Of a stretch of DNA of 64,000 bases, positions 45,996-59,331 are shown piece after piece. Each line of letters begins with the position of its first letter. The stretch's first letter is position 1. The DNA is from Trichosphaerium sp. ATCC 40318 (taxonomy: Eukaryota > Protista > Tubulinea), in contig JALMLS010000064.1 in the NCBI GenBank assembly GCA_038496445.1, positions 186,001 to 250,000 on the forward strand, written 5' to 3'. The translations under genes and the position numbers were made by a program. Under the pieces are notes generated by a model, which made no database searches, was not told where the DNA came from, and saw only the letters and a list, made by a program, of their open reading frames with translations.

Positions 45996-48274
45996 ATGTT
46001 GCACCTGTACGGACGAGGTAGGCGCGTGTTGCCTAGTTTTAGTTATTCATACCGCTCCTATTGCGTACGAAGGTTACTTACGCGTAAAAACTGACTTGAA
46101 TTAGCAAAAGGTGAACCCACAAAAGCTGGGTAAAATAGGTGTGAAAAAAAGGCCTCAACAAACCAGAAGGGGACCTGCTAGACAAAAATTAGAAGTTATT
46201 GGACCATTGTCAAATCTACGCGTATTAGACCTCACTAGAGTGCTCGCAGGCGCGTACACTATTTTTTTCTTGCGTTTGCGATGCATTTACGCAAACAAGC
46301 GTTGAAATGAAACATTTTTTGTACATTTTTACAAAATACCTTTGTAGCCTCTAAAACACACTCTGAAGGATGTATAAAGTATACTGACGCGATTAATAGG
46401 ACCATGGTCAACACAAAACATGGCTGACCTTGGCGCTGAAATTATCAAGATAGAAAAGCCTCAAAAGGGTGATGATACGCGAGAATGGGGTCCTCCTTTT
46501 ATTAATGTACGTTTTTAATGGGTTAATAATCTGTTTGGTTAATATCATTTTATAGTACAAAGACGGAAAGATAATGGACTCTGCTTATCACTTATCTGCA
46601 AATAGAGGCAAATTTTCGGCTGCTATTGATTTTAAATCTAAAGAAGGCCAACAATTAATTGAAGTAAGTCGACTAAAGTTATTCTAGAAACTGCAATGTG
46701 TCAAAAAATTAATTTGTCATTTTTCGTTTTGAAAAAAAATAAGAAAAAATCAGTGTGGTATTGACAGGTCCTATGTTATAGAAATTGGCTAGTCAATCCG
46801 ATATTGTAATAGAAAACTTTAAAGTTGGTACTTTAGCAAAGTATAATCTAGACTACAAGTCCTTGCAGAAAGCAAACAAGAGTGCGTTTAAAAAAAATTT
46901 ACAAAAAAAGTTGATTATTAATTTGTTACATTCTAGAACTTATTTATTGCTCAATCTCCTCTTATGGCCAGTCTGGTCCTAAAAAAGATTTACCTGGTTA
47001 TGATTTTTTAATCCAAGGAGAGACTGGACTAATGTCAATCACTGGAGAGGAAGGTGGAACTCCGCAAAAAACAGGTATACAATCGTAATATTCTTTTTTT
47101 TTTGGAACCACTTTTCGTTTTCTTATGATTGTTGCAGGCGTTGCTATCATTGATATGATGACTGGAATGTATGCTACTATTGCTATTTTGGCAGCAGTAA
47201 ATAAAAGAAACATTTCTGGAAAGGTAAGCATGAGATGTTTGATACAGAACCCATGTTAATCAAATTTCAGGGAGAATATATTGATATTTCTTTGCATGAC
47301 GTTGGTATCGCTACCACAGGGTATCGTGGCGTAAATTACTTGGCATCAGGTCAAGTACCTAAACGGTTTGGTAATGCACATCCATCTATTGGTACGTTAA
47401 CAACAACCTGAGATTTTATGTCTAACTTCTATTCTTTTAACAGTTCCTTACCAATCCTTCCATGCGTCAAATGGTGAATTCATTGTGGCTTGTGGTAATG
47501 ATAAACAGTTTGGCGATTTATGTAAGGTAAGCTTACACACATGGCAACGACTTTTCAATGAACAGCTCTCTTTACACGTGATACAAACAAGTTAACAATC
47601 AAATTCTTTTTTCTGAAAGTCAACGACCTTTTACTGCTTGGCGTCGTCTTATTTTTTCTTCTAGGTACTTGGTAGAGAGGAACTTATTGATGATGTACGA
47701 TACAAGAGAAACGTTGATAGAGTTATGAATAGGGTAGCACTAGAGCAAATTTTAAAAGCAATTTTTGTTACAAAAACAAAAGAGGAATGGCTTCGGATAC
47801 TAAATGAAGCTTCTGTTACTTGTGGACCTATTAATACAATAAAACAAGCTCTGGAAAGCGAACAAACAGAATCAAGAGAAATGGTCGAACATCATTACGA
47901 AGTCGGTAAGAGAGAACCAGAAACTTTATTCCCATCGAAAAAAAAAACTTCATTTTATTCTTGTACACTCTACTTGCTTACACAATTCTTTTTAAAGGCC
48001 TGGATGATCCTGTGAAGCTCATTGCAAACCCTATAAAGTTCCCAAATACAAAATACAGAAAATCTCTAATAAGGTCACCTCCAAAACATGGTGAACATAC
48101 TCTCCATATTTTATCAATTTTGGGACGAGAATCTCAAAAAGATTTGCGTCGATTGCATGAAATTGGTGTTATAAAACAAAAGAACTTGAGGAAAAAAAAC
48201 CTGGTCAGGATCCTACAAAATCAGACGAAACAGTTGATGATGATGATGAAGAAAATGATAATAAGACCACTTAA
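45996..48274 (+). CDS. CoA-transferase family III (CaiB/BaiF, SUGCT-like), probably mitochondrial; C-terminal frame ambiguous
   Basis: [16 protein letters not shown]|[69 protein letters not shown]|[12 protein letters not shown]. Confidence 0.92.
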
Positions 48275-48830
48275 AGAAATCAACCGCACGTGCTGTGCTC
48301 AAAAGGACACTAAAAAAATACTTGTACAAAAAAATCTTCTTTTTTTTCATTTGTCACGTGATGCTTGTAAATAAAAAATAATGGCTTGACCTTTTCTTGT
48401 GATTTCAACACTACATTATATCTTGGTCGTTATGCGAGCCTACCTTAAAAACCTGACTCTTACATAGTCGTAGTTTGCCCTACTGAGTGTCAGCCTCAAT
48501 CCCATCTGTAAACTGTTTACTTGCAATGGCTGCCAAGTGGTTTGTTGCACCGGTGTCTGTGTCTATTGTAATCAAGGATTGTGTGGTAAGACATTCGGTT
48601 AACCCAGTTCAATATACTCTGTGCTTCTACCGGAAGTGACCAAGAAACAGGCCATCGAAATGTACAATTTATTGCAAACTCAAGTGTAATTATTGTAATC
48701 GTAAGACTGGTAAATGCCTACCAATGCTGACGCACAACCAATAAAAAGGCCACAAATGAATATAAAGCGACTTAAACAGTTGTTAAGGCTTGTGATTAAA
48801 AACCGAACAGAAAAGTCGTTGTAACAACAG

Positions 48831-49546
48831 ATGAAGTTTTTTTTGTGCCTCGCTCTATTCCTCGCTACTGTTATTAGCGTAGACCCTCTCAAATGGGAAA
48901 TATGCGATACAGGCGCTACCTTTCAAGCCAACCAAGTAACGATGACACCATGTACGTTTATCTCTTCTCCTACCGTCATTATTACTAAAACTATCGCTTT
49001 CTAGATCCAGCCGTAGCAGGAAAGCCTGTAACAGTCCATACAGATGGCTATGAAACAAAAGCCAACACTGCCGGTACGTTTTTTAGTAATCACGTGACCT
49101 CCTAGAAAAAATAAAAACTGACTCTCGTTTAGGAGATTGGTCTACTACTGTGTACCTTGATGGTCTTCCTGTAACCAGCTACAAAGGTACCTCGCGTTCA
49201 AACAACTGTCGAAAAATTTTTTCAGCCGAAAGAAGGCGGTAAAAAGTTAAACAAAAAGCAAGCGAAACTTCTCGCTTATTTCTTTTTTTCTTTAGGTTCC
49301 ATCTGTAATCCTCCTATCATTCCAAACTGTGCTTGTCCATGTGCCCCTGGAAACCATACCACCGAGCTCACACTTAATGTGCCTTCATTCGCCATCACCG
49401 TACGCCACAAGCCACTAGACGGTTTTTTTAGTGACAAGGGTTTTGATTAGGACTCTGGATATTCTGGTAAATTCACAGCATACGACGAAAACAAAGCATT
49501 GATTCTTTGTATCAAATACACCTTCTCCATTGTAAACAACGGGTAA
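48831..49546 (+). CDS. ML-domain (NPC2/MD-2-like) secreted lipid-binding protein
   Basis: Signal peptide MKFFLCLALFLATVIS; WEICD, PAVAGKPVTV, GSIC...CPCAPG, LNVPSFA, ALILCIKYTF; about 150 aa. Confidence 0.8.
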
Positions 49547-49828
49547 ATGGGTCTAATAAAATACTTTGTTACCAAAATAGAGTCACCTTTCTTGATAAAA
49601 AAATCAATCAAAAAAAAAAACAACAATAGCTCTGATTGAACTTGAATGTGCCTCATCGTTTGAGTTCTCTTCCAGTTACATTCAGATAGCCCACCCCCTT
49701 ACTTGATAGATTACTCAACATTCTCGACTTGAGAACCTGAACGAAGACGATTTCAATCAAAGCAATACTAAAATTGACTATTTGATTGAAACAGTGAACG
49801 AAAAAAAAAACCAAAAACTCAATTTACA

Positions 49829-51292
49829 ATGATGTCAGCAACACGTCGTCGCAGTGTACGCAAAAGCATGAAACATAAGTTGCTTACATCAACTCCTTAT
49901 AGCGTAGCATTAATGCATGGTCACACGCAGATGTTCTGGACTGGTTAGTAGATAAATGCAGGCTTACTGAAGACGAAGCGTATATCTTCTCAGTCGAAGA
50001 TATTGATGGTGTTACGCTCCAGGATCTATCTAATGAGGACCTTAGAACTCTTGGTTTGTCTATTGGCAAAAGAAAGAGAGTGTTCAGAGAGTTATCAAAA
50101 CTTCTATCAGTATGTATTTTTGGGAAATCAATCATTTATCGAAAAAACGAGAAAATCAATCATCTTTGTTGTTGCAAACGTTCTTTGTTCTAAATCTATT
50201 TTAGACTCCACCTCCAGCTCAAACCGAACGGTATATGAATCATGCACCATTTTATGAACCAGAATCAGAGGTAAGTGTATCTTAAGAGTAGAAAAACCAG
50301 AAGTTCGTTCTTGTTAACAGGTTTGATTTAGGAGGCAAAAAGAAAGATTCAAAGATACAGGAGGAACCAGCAATTAAATAAGATGAAAAAGAGGATACCC
50401 CAAGGTTGTATGTGTGGCGTTCAGAATTACAGATTTCAAGCAGTTTGTGTTCTACTAGCTGTTCTTGTAATGGCAGCTGCAACAACTGTGACAGCGACAA
50501 GAAATTACCACAGAACCACTCAAGACGCACTACGTAACATGAATAGACCTAAAATAAGGGAAATGTTAGATAGAGTATTGCCTCGTTTAATTACTGATGA
50601 TAAAAAGAGTACAGAGATAGCAGAAGCATTGACAGGTACCCAAACATCCAACAACTTTTTTTTTTCTTTGTGATTTTAAAGATAGGTGTTTTTATTGATT
50701 TGAAACTTTCAGGCCCTTTGGAGAAACAACGTGTTCTATTATTTACTTCAAGTAATCCAAATGGAAGTAAAAGAACACGTGAAATATCAGAAACAATCGC
50801 AAAGGTCCTAGGATCGGTACAAACACATATTTTTTTGCTTCTGTAGAAAACAAAACTAAGTCTATTTTTAGCAACATATTCACGTCAGTAACAACGATGA
50901 ACTTGAGTTTGTAAGTGGTTTAATATTGTATTTTTATATTCTAACACTCTATAGATTTCTGCACATCATACTTTTGCACCTGTCATTTTTATAAACGCTG
51001 ATAACGAGGTGCCTTTTTGGTTACTTGAATGGGTAAGAACTTTTTTTTCAATTTTCACAAGTAAGTTTCATTGTAGATCGATGACTCAATGATGCGTTTA
51101 CAGTATCCGGTATTCGTAATACATAGTCGCACTAATAACGGCATTTCTGATGACCACGATATGGAGAAGTTCCTGAAAAGTGAGTGGACTCACAGACTGA
51201 CACAAGTACGTAAAACCATTTCAACAATCCTTTTTTTTTAACTTTTTTAAAAGCGTATTGGTGCTGCCGCTTCTTTGGACTTTTCGACTTAA
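49829..51292 (+). CDS. SAM-domain single-pass membrane protein
   Basis: WSHADVLDWL...EDIDGVTLQDLSNEDLRTLGLSIGKRKRVFREL (SAM); TM FQAVCVLLAVLVMAAATTV; alpha/beta C-terminal domain. Confidence 0.75.
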
Positions 51293-51876
51293 CATCAGTA
51301 TGAAATACGTACTATCACTTGTAGTAAATCAAATAAACCACTATTTTATCTCATTCGCGCGCCCTGAGCATGTTAAGCGTTAAGTGTTTGTAAAGCTTGA
51401 CAACATTTACCCTACCTGCCAGATTCTAAGTGTAAGGTTCAACACTACTCCAAAATAGTGTGTATATACATCTCGCAGCGTGATAGTTCATGTGAGTGTT
51501 TTACTGCACTCGTTTACTATATTCCTAGTTTTTTCTGATGTTTACGTATTAAAATTCGTCAGTTTTCTGTCAAATATCAAAAAATAGAAATAAACAAATG
51601 TATTGCTGTCAAATGGTCTAATACATGTGTGTATAGCTAAGCAAAAAGAATGCAAACCACAATTTTATTTATCAACAAAACGTGACGAACAAAACAAAAA
51701 AAAACTGTTCAATTTCATGAGGAAGTGGTATTATCACCTTGCAAAATAAAAAATACCTTGTTTGTGTATTCGTTATGCCCTATATTTGAAATGACAAAAA
51801 AGCGGTATAATGCAATCAGTGTAATGCTCATTTAAACCTCAATCTTTGGTGCTCAAATGTCGGAATTGTGTGACAA

Positions 51877-53555
51877 TGACTACTTCAAACTCCAAAATCT
51901 ATCGACCGGGCGTTATACAACACCTTCGTAGCGAGCAGTCCGAACTCGCCAATCAACAACTCAAGAAGAAAGAAACAAAAACAACTATAAGTAGTAGTTT
52001 CAACATTCTGGCGAGTTCGAAAGTCCACTACGACTCAATCACCTTTTTGCCATAATTTGGAACTGTGAATGACTTTTTATCTCTGATTTCTACGATATAA
52101 TGAAGTACAAAGATGGTCGCCCAAGACCAATATCCAGACACCCTTAAAGTATCGTGTAACTTGTTCCTAAAACAGTCTTTGTTACAATAGATTTTTTCTT
52201 ATTTCCTTCTTGGTATCAAAATTCTGCTATAACGGCATGTGTCAATTGCTTATTACTTCGTAATAGTTACTAACTGCTTACTTGTATCAATTGATGCTCT
52301 AAAGATATTCGGTAAACCATCAAGACAAAGAGTTTTGGAGAATTCTGATAAAAGTTGTTTTAAGCGTCATTTTGCTAAGGCAATCAATATGCTGCAAGGT
52401 GTACAACTCACAAATGACGAAATTGTAAACCGCACGTTGAAATTGTAAGTTCCTACTATTGTACAAGCGTTTTTACATTAAATTGAGTATCAATGAAGCG
52501 TTGGAGCCCTATGTGGTGTACCATTTACAGAAGAACTACGGCGTACGTTATAATACGTATACACGCACTAAAACTGCGAAAGGACGAGTGGGAAAACTAT
52601 GCAGAGGTTAAACGCCTTAGAGAGCATCAACGTAATGCAACAGTGCGCGGAGACTCTAAATCAAAGGGATATCAGGTAGAAAAACGTAATCTGTCATTTT
52701 ATACTCAAGAATAGTAGTGGGATACAGCTAGTTTATGTACTACTATAATTTCCCAGCAAACAGTGCGTATACCAACAAACCTCATCCATTTTTATCTACA
52801 AATCAATACAATACAGTCTAACGCCCTCTAGCTATTCCAACAAGACGCAAAATTTAACAGACAGGACTGGGGATGCCTTTTTGAGCTACGTCGCATGAGA
52901 AACGACTGGGCGCATCAGAGACAATTCACAGATGACGTACGCGCGCTATAGACTAATATAGTAACAGAAACGACTAAAACCTAAAATACAGGACGTCTAC
53001 CGATTATTGGACAATGCTTCTCGTCTACTTAACGCTATGCAATCAAGTGATCGATATACTATAATCTCAAAGACAAAAAGACAGTTTTTACTGCGTAAGA
53101 TGGTAAACAAGTTCGCTCCTCTTTTTTTTTTCTTTCTTTCTTTTTCATGAAAATCAATCAAACAGCTTTTCTTGACTTACAAAAAAAAACACAGGCTCCT
53201 AATATGCAAGCGGAAGAAGCCAAGAGTTTGCAAGTGCCTTGCTTGCTTGATCAAAACAATGATACGATTAAACAGATGCTTGGTCCTGCTGTTGTACAAG
53301 TAGATACTAATAGCCATGCGGTGAAGTACAATGGACAACATATCAATCAAGTGCAACATACACAACAGGGAATTCAACAAACACACGTGAGTTTTTGGAT
53401 TTTTTTTGGATTTGTATCCATTGATAAAAGTTACTTAAACGCAGTTGTAGCTTTATCAACATCATCATCAGGGTATTTCAGTTCAACCAACAGATTCTCA
53501 CTTTGGATGGCGCAGTACACAACAATCTAATCATCATGATCAGATGGAATTCTAA
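51877..53555 (+). CDS. Swt1-like HEPN domain protein (5' exons uncertain)
   Basis: EALEPYVVYHLQKNYG|DEW...WDTASL...LFELRRMRNDWAHQRQFTDD|DVYRLLDNASRLLNAM; intact R-x4-H motif at 52898-52915; Gln/His-rich tail. Confidence 0.72.
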
Positions 53556-53843
53556 CTTGTTGTAATACAACAAAGGAAGAAAAAAAGTGTTTTATTTTTT
53601 CAACAATAAATTGTATCATAGTAGTATTTATTGTTAAGCGCCCTTCAGGTTAGTCACACTAAACTTTGTTGGTCTGAGTTTAAACATTGTAATGGTATCA
53701 CACAGGGTATGCCTGAATGGTTGTTTTGGAGGCGTTTTTATTATTATTAGTATTGATTAGTTTACAAGTGTTATTTTTTTTTTGTTGTTTCTTCTTCTTT
53801 GAAGCTGTTGCATCATTTACAAAGGGATTGTTTTTTTGTTATT

Positions 53844-56800
53844 TTACATGTTTCTTATCTTTTTCGCTAAGTACTTAGCTTCCTCTTCTGTAATATTGAC
53901 AACAAACTTTATGACATCAGTAGAATCACAATACCTACATCCATCACACCAAGGAGATGTTATAGCTGTTGATACACTACACTCATGACATTGTAGTTCG
54001 CCATTGAATGTAACATTCGTAAGTGATCTAGAGTGCGTCTTACAACCAGGGAATTCGACAATATTGCATCTAAGGCCAAGACGTTAACACAAACTCTTTA
54101 AAAAAAAATGGCATGTTTTTATGAGAAAATAATTTAAAATTCTGTCAACGCTCTTAAAGATATTGTGTATCATTCAAGTCAAACATTGCGTTGCTGTTCG
54201 CCCAGAATAATAAAATTTTGGGCGATATTTTGATCACGTGGTTACCTCGAATGATACACAATATAAAGAAGGAGATAATAAAAAAAAGTTTCTGAAGAAT
54301 TACCAATAAAAAAAATATGTGACTTACGTATTGCAAAATATAACACCGGTCTGAATTCCAGTCTTTGTTGTCCTGGTCTTCGTCATTTTTCTTAAATACT
54401 TTGCTTCGCTATAGTCTACACGTAAGAGTCCCACAAAAATATTCGATGAGTCACATTCTGCACATTTAGACTCTTCAGTGCCAGGGCCTTGTGGTAAAGA
54501 ATGTTAGCGTGGATTAGTATTTAAACAATAGCTTACCGGCACAAGTATCGCAGTGTGGACATTCCAGATGTGAAGGCGAATAAGCAAAATAACATGAAGA
54601 GCATAGATCAAAGCAGCATTTACCACACTGAAACCACTTATCCTCTAAAAAAGCAACAAAGTTAGACCGGTTTGAGTACCACTGTGTCATTTTCCAAAAA
54701 AAAGAAAATTAAAAGAAAACAAAATGTCAAAGACTACACAAAAAAACACGTGTTCAGCATTAATTTGTTGTATCTTGTTCAAAAAATATATATAATTGGT
54801 GAAACAAGTGCACGTACCATTGCAAGCCTTGATTTGAGTACAATGCCGTTTATCTTTGTCGTTACAAATGAAGCCCCCTTGGTACCCGACCGCGGCTACC
54901 ATTGCTTGTTCTCGGCCCACAACTGTAAGACAGTGTTCGTGTGCATCGCTATGTATGTGTGTCAAGAATCCATGATCATTGCAACCAGCAAACTCCATAG
55001 AACCTAAAGCAAAGGTAAGAGAAAAACAAACAAAAAAAAAAGTAAATGAAGATCGCTCGAACTTTGCCAAGAAAGATGAACGTACAGCAGTCTCGACATA
55101 TTATTACACTGACAATATATCCTTCAGCATTAACATCTCCATGCTTCACACGAAGTTTTGTATGGATATCACGTAGGGTAGGTCTAATATTTACGTTCTT
55201 GTCTATGTGTACTGGTGCTGAATTTATTGTTTGTCCTTCTTCCTTTTTCTTTTGAGGTCGAGGTATAGTAGCTGATTTGGACAAAGCAGCAGTGTACTCT
55301 GTCGCCGCAGATTTCTTATTTGTATTACTTGCCCTATTGTCTAGTATATCAGTTTGTTTAGGCACAACGGGCGCAGGTGCAGGTGCAGGTGCGGGTGCGG
55401 GTGCGGGTGCAGGTGCAGGCGCTAGATTATTTCGAGGAGCAGATGATCTTCTAACAACTGCAGCAGATTTTGATAAAGGCTTGCTCTGTGGTACTTGTGC
55501 TTGAGTTTTAGGAGCCATAGTTGACCGTGAAAGATTGTTTGTAGTATGTTGATACCCTTGTGATCCCCTTTGAGAACGTAGACCTGGTACAGGAGCGGAA
55601 TTGTAAACTCTCGGAGAGTGCGTGACTCGAGGAGCTCGCTGTGGCGCTGAGTTAAATGTACGCTGTGTTCTTGAGTATCGCTGTTGTGTTTGAGGTACTT
55701 TAAGCTGTGGATCGCTATTGAATCGGTTTGAATGCTGTACTTGAGGAGGAGGTTTCGTCATTGTTGGCTTTGAATTTCGGCGACCTTGAGGAGGAATATT
55801 GTAAAGAGAATTGCTCAACTCAAGAAGAGAAATCCTTTGCTGTGACCCATATGGCTGTACCATTGGCAACCCATAACCTCCTTCATTAGAAGGCGCTGAG
55901 TTGATGTAATCTTCTATATTGGAAGAGCCCGCTGAGCTGAAAAGATCAATATGCTCAGAGCCATATATAGACTAGAGATGATCGGGAGTTAGATTTTCAC
56001 GTGAAAAAAATAAAAAAGTTGATAGACGTACATCTTGCGCAACCGGTATATTATAATCGCTCAAACTTAATGCTTGGTCTGAGTTCACGCTTGATTCAGA
56101 CTGCGTTGATGCGTAGTAATTGTATTTATTTGATCCAGGTAACCCAGTATTATCAACTTGTTGGTACTGATCCGTTTTTAAACCAGTAGTATCTTGAGCA
56201 CAAAAAAAGTTTAGTTTTCCACAAAAAAAACAGTGTTTCTTTGAAGATGAATAACGTACTCATTATATCACTTAGTGTATCACAAATAGAAGAAAATGTT
56301 GGTCTGGTAGGAATATCCTGATGCCAGCATTTTTGTATGAGGTTATGCCACACTATAAAAGAGTAAGGGCTTACTTCTCAAGGGGAAAAAAAAAAGTGTT
56401 ACCAGGATCAATACTGTCTGGTATATGTAAACGTTGTCCTTGAATGACCTTTATACCCCACGCCATGATAGTTGATCCTTCAGGTACTGGCGGAACCCTG
56501 TAGTAAAAATCAGTATTGAGGGCACAACGATAAAGACTAGTATCCATTCAACATACTTGCAAAGCGTTTCCCATCTAACAGCAATATGTAAGTATAAGCC
56601 AAAAAAACTTACAAAAAAGTGAAGCGTACAATAATACACCGTAAGAAAATACATCAGAGCCTGCTGAATAGCTTCCACCACCATCAATGATTTCTGGTGC
56701 CATCCAAGGAAGTGCACCATGAGTACCACTGGCGGTGTACAATGACTGTTTTCGCTTTTCTTGATCTACAAGACAAAAACAATTAATTTCAAAAAAAAAG

Positions 56801-58989
56801 TCAAGGTATGGCATAGGATGCGACCAGCGCATGCAAAAATGTGATTGCAAGGATACTTGCGTACCTAATATCTTACTAAGACCAAAATCAGATATTTTAG
56901 CACGTCCATGAACATCAATCTGAGGCGTTAGGTAAGCAAAAAATCGAACTCTTTTTGATTGTTGATAAAAAGATCCAAAATCAATAAAGGCTACATGTCT
57001 CGTACCAACACATTCCCACTATTCAAATCTCTATTGATACCATTAGATTACATATAGTTATTAGAAAATATTACAATACCTGTGAAGGACAGGAACACTA
57101 TGAAGATAAGCCATACCGCTGGCCAAATCAAAAGCTAATTGAAATTGACCTGCTTGAGATAACGTTGCTGTTCTTATAAACTTTGTTAAAGACCCACCGG
57201 GCATATACTAAAGACAAAGAGAGTTAAACTAACACATAATCTATATAACACTATTACTTACTTCTAAGACAAAATATTTATGTGTTTCATCAACACAAGC
57301 ACCCAAAAATTGGACAACTCTAGGATGCCTCAACTTAACAAGAACAGCCAGTTCATCTGCAAAAAGTTCTTCTTGGTTCTTTGTACGAAAATGTTCTTGA
57401 TAAATAACCTTAACAACAACCTTTGTACCATGCCATTTAGCCAACCTAACTTCTCCAAAATAACCCTGAAAAAAAAAAATTAATTCTAACAAAAAAAGCA
57501 CGTGCAAACAACGTACTTTGCCAAGAACTTGTTTTGTCAATGAAATATCGGCAAGAGGAATATTCCACAGTGTAAGATTCCTCTGTATTCTATTAAAATG
57601 AGGAGATCCTTGAGCTGGAGCTGGTGCTGGTTTAGGAGGTGCTGCTTTTGGCGATGGTGCTGGTGCTGGTTTGAGAGGCTGTGTACGTTGTGTATGGGTA
57701 TTTGTAGTTGGTTTTTGCTTTCCCTGTGGGATTGGTTTATAACTAACTTGTAAAGTAGTCTTAGGTCGATATATATATCGTACTTGCAATGGGTTCGTAT
57801 ATGCTGGTTGTCTTTGTACATGATGCTGTGGATGCAATGCTCTTGGAGAGTTATACATTTGGTGCGTTGGTGCCTGAGCGTGATGGGATTGTGGTGGATG
57901 CTGACGGGCTTGTACTGGTGATTGATGTTGGTGAGGTTGGTGTGGCGGTTGGCGTTGATGGGGTTGTGGTGGTGGCTGGTATTGGTAAGATTGTGTTGGC
58001 GGGTGACGTTCATAAGAAGGTATTGGCGGGTGGTGGGATTGTGGTGGATGTCGATGTGTTTGTACTGGTGATTGATGTTGGTGAGCTTGTAGTGGCGGTT
58101 GGTGTTGGTGGGATTGTGGTGGATGTCGATGTGCTTGTACTGGTGATGGATGCTGGTGAGGTTGGTGAGTTTGTTGAGGCGACCGCACTCGTTGTAATGA
58201 TTCATGAAAATGCTGTATAGGTGGGTGCCGTTGATGTACGTGAATTGGAGAAGGTGTTGGTTCAATTGGCGGACGTGATGCTACAGATTGCATTTGGTGG
58301 TCGGGGTGATCAGAATACCCATCTGAGTTATGACCAATGGCGTCATCGTATTGACTGTAATGATTATTATGCTGTGGTGGAGGGCGGGCCATACTAGGCC
58401 TCATATTAGGAGACACCCCTCCTGGGGCCACGTGGTGCGCCACTTGAGGCGAATTCATATGAGGAGATGAGGAATTAACGACACTTCTGTCAATTGTTAA
58501 AAATAATTTTAAAGCCTTTCCTTTCTCTTCTACGGCTATATTTAAATCTATACAAGCGTCAGGTGATATATATTGTATAGTATACGCGATTAAAAATGGA
58601 AAGGATGTGTTTCATTGAGTTTAGAGGTTAATGATGATATTTTCAACGAACTGTGGAACTGTGTTTTTGGTTGAAAGCGTAAGTCATTTTATATCGATGC
58701 TAGTGATAGTATAGTGCTCAAGGAACCATTTTGAGAAAATAGTAAAACGTTCAAATTACCTTCTGTACTTTCAACGTCCACTTGGTCTCCATCTTCATCC
58801 TCATAGCGTATAGATGTTATTGCCATCGTTTTGAACCTTGACGTAATTATTATTGAGAATTTGAAGCCCTTTCGGGCCATTAGCAGCTACTAACCTCTTT
58901 TGAAGGGTTTCCAGGAGAGTATCATAGTCTGAATTTGCTGGCAAACGTATTGCGAGTGTGGTATTACCTTCGTAGCATTTAACTATCAT
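53844..58989 (-). CDS. PB1-domain Raf-like (TKL) protein kinase with His/Pro/Gln-rich linker, (PA)n tract and C-terminal Cys-rich zinc-finger region
   Basis: PB1: MIVKCYEG...IRYEDEDGDQV. Kinase: LGK|GYFGEVRLAKWHGTKVVVK, LRHPRVVQFLGAC, RDLNSGNVL, ISDFGLS, GALPWMAPE, DVFSYGV, CWHQDIPTRPTF. Downstream exons join in frame to ZZ/DC1-like WFQCGKCCFDLCSSCY. Confidence 0.85.
55371..55422 (-). repeat. Hexanucleotide coding repeat, (Ala-Pro)n
   Basis: gcaggt/gcgggt units encoding APAPAPAPAPAPAPAPA. Confidence 0.9.
57880..58180 (-). repeat. Degenerate ~75-bp coding repeats (HQHQSPVQxHRHPPQSH)
   Basis: gtggtggatgtcgatgtg..tgtactggtga recurs near 58041 and 58116, with a variant near 57891. Confidence 0.8.
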
Positions 58990-59331
58990 TGATGAGCATG
59001 GTGATGATTGGCACGTTTAAACGGACGCTTTATTGATGGTTGGCGCTGAACTACGCTCATTTTGATTAACGCGTTATGTTCAGCCTATTGCGAATCCACA
59101 ATGGTAGTTTGGCGCGTGTAGTGACAAACAACCCTAGTTGATGTAATCAAAGCCAAATGTTACACTGTCTTTGATTACCGCTCTATTGTGGAATTGGTGG
59201 CTTTTGTTGACTTTTTTTGGGCTGTACAAAAACCCAATTAACGCACTTGCCAAAGACACATGGCGACTGATTAACGGTTTATTGTTGTTTTATATACGTA
59301 CTTCTCGATAACAACTGGTTTATTAGCCTTT

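Noticed and set aside
57537-58265. Long alternative-frame ORFs (242 aa on minus, 143 aa on plus) as overlapping genes
   Set aside because: Shadow frames of the low-complexity His/Gln/Pro repeat exon of the kinase.
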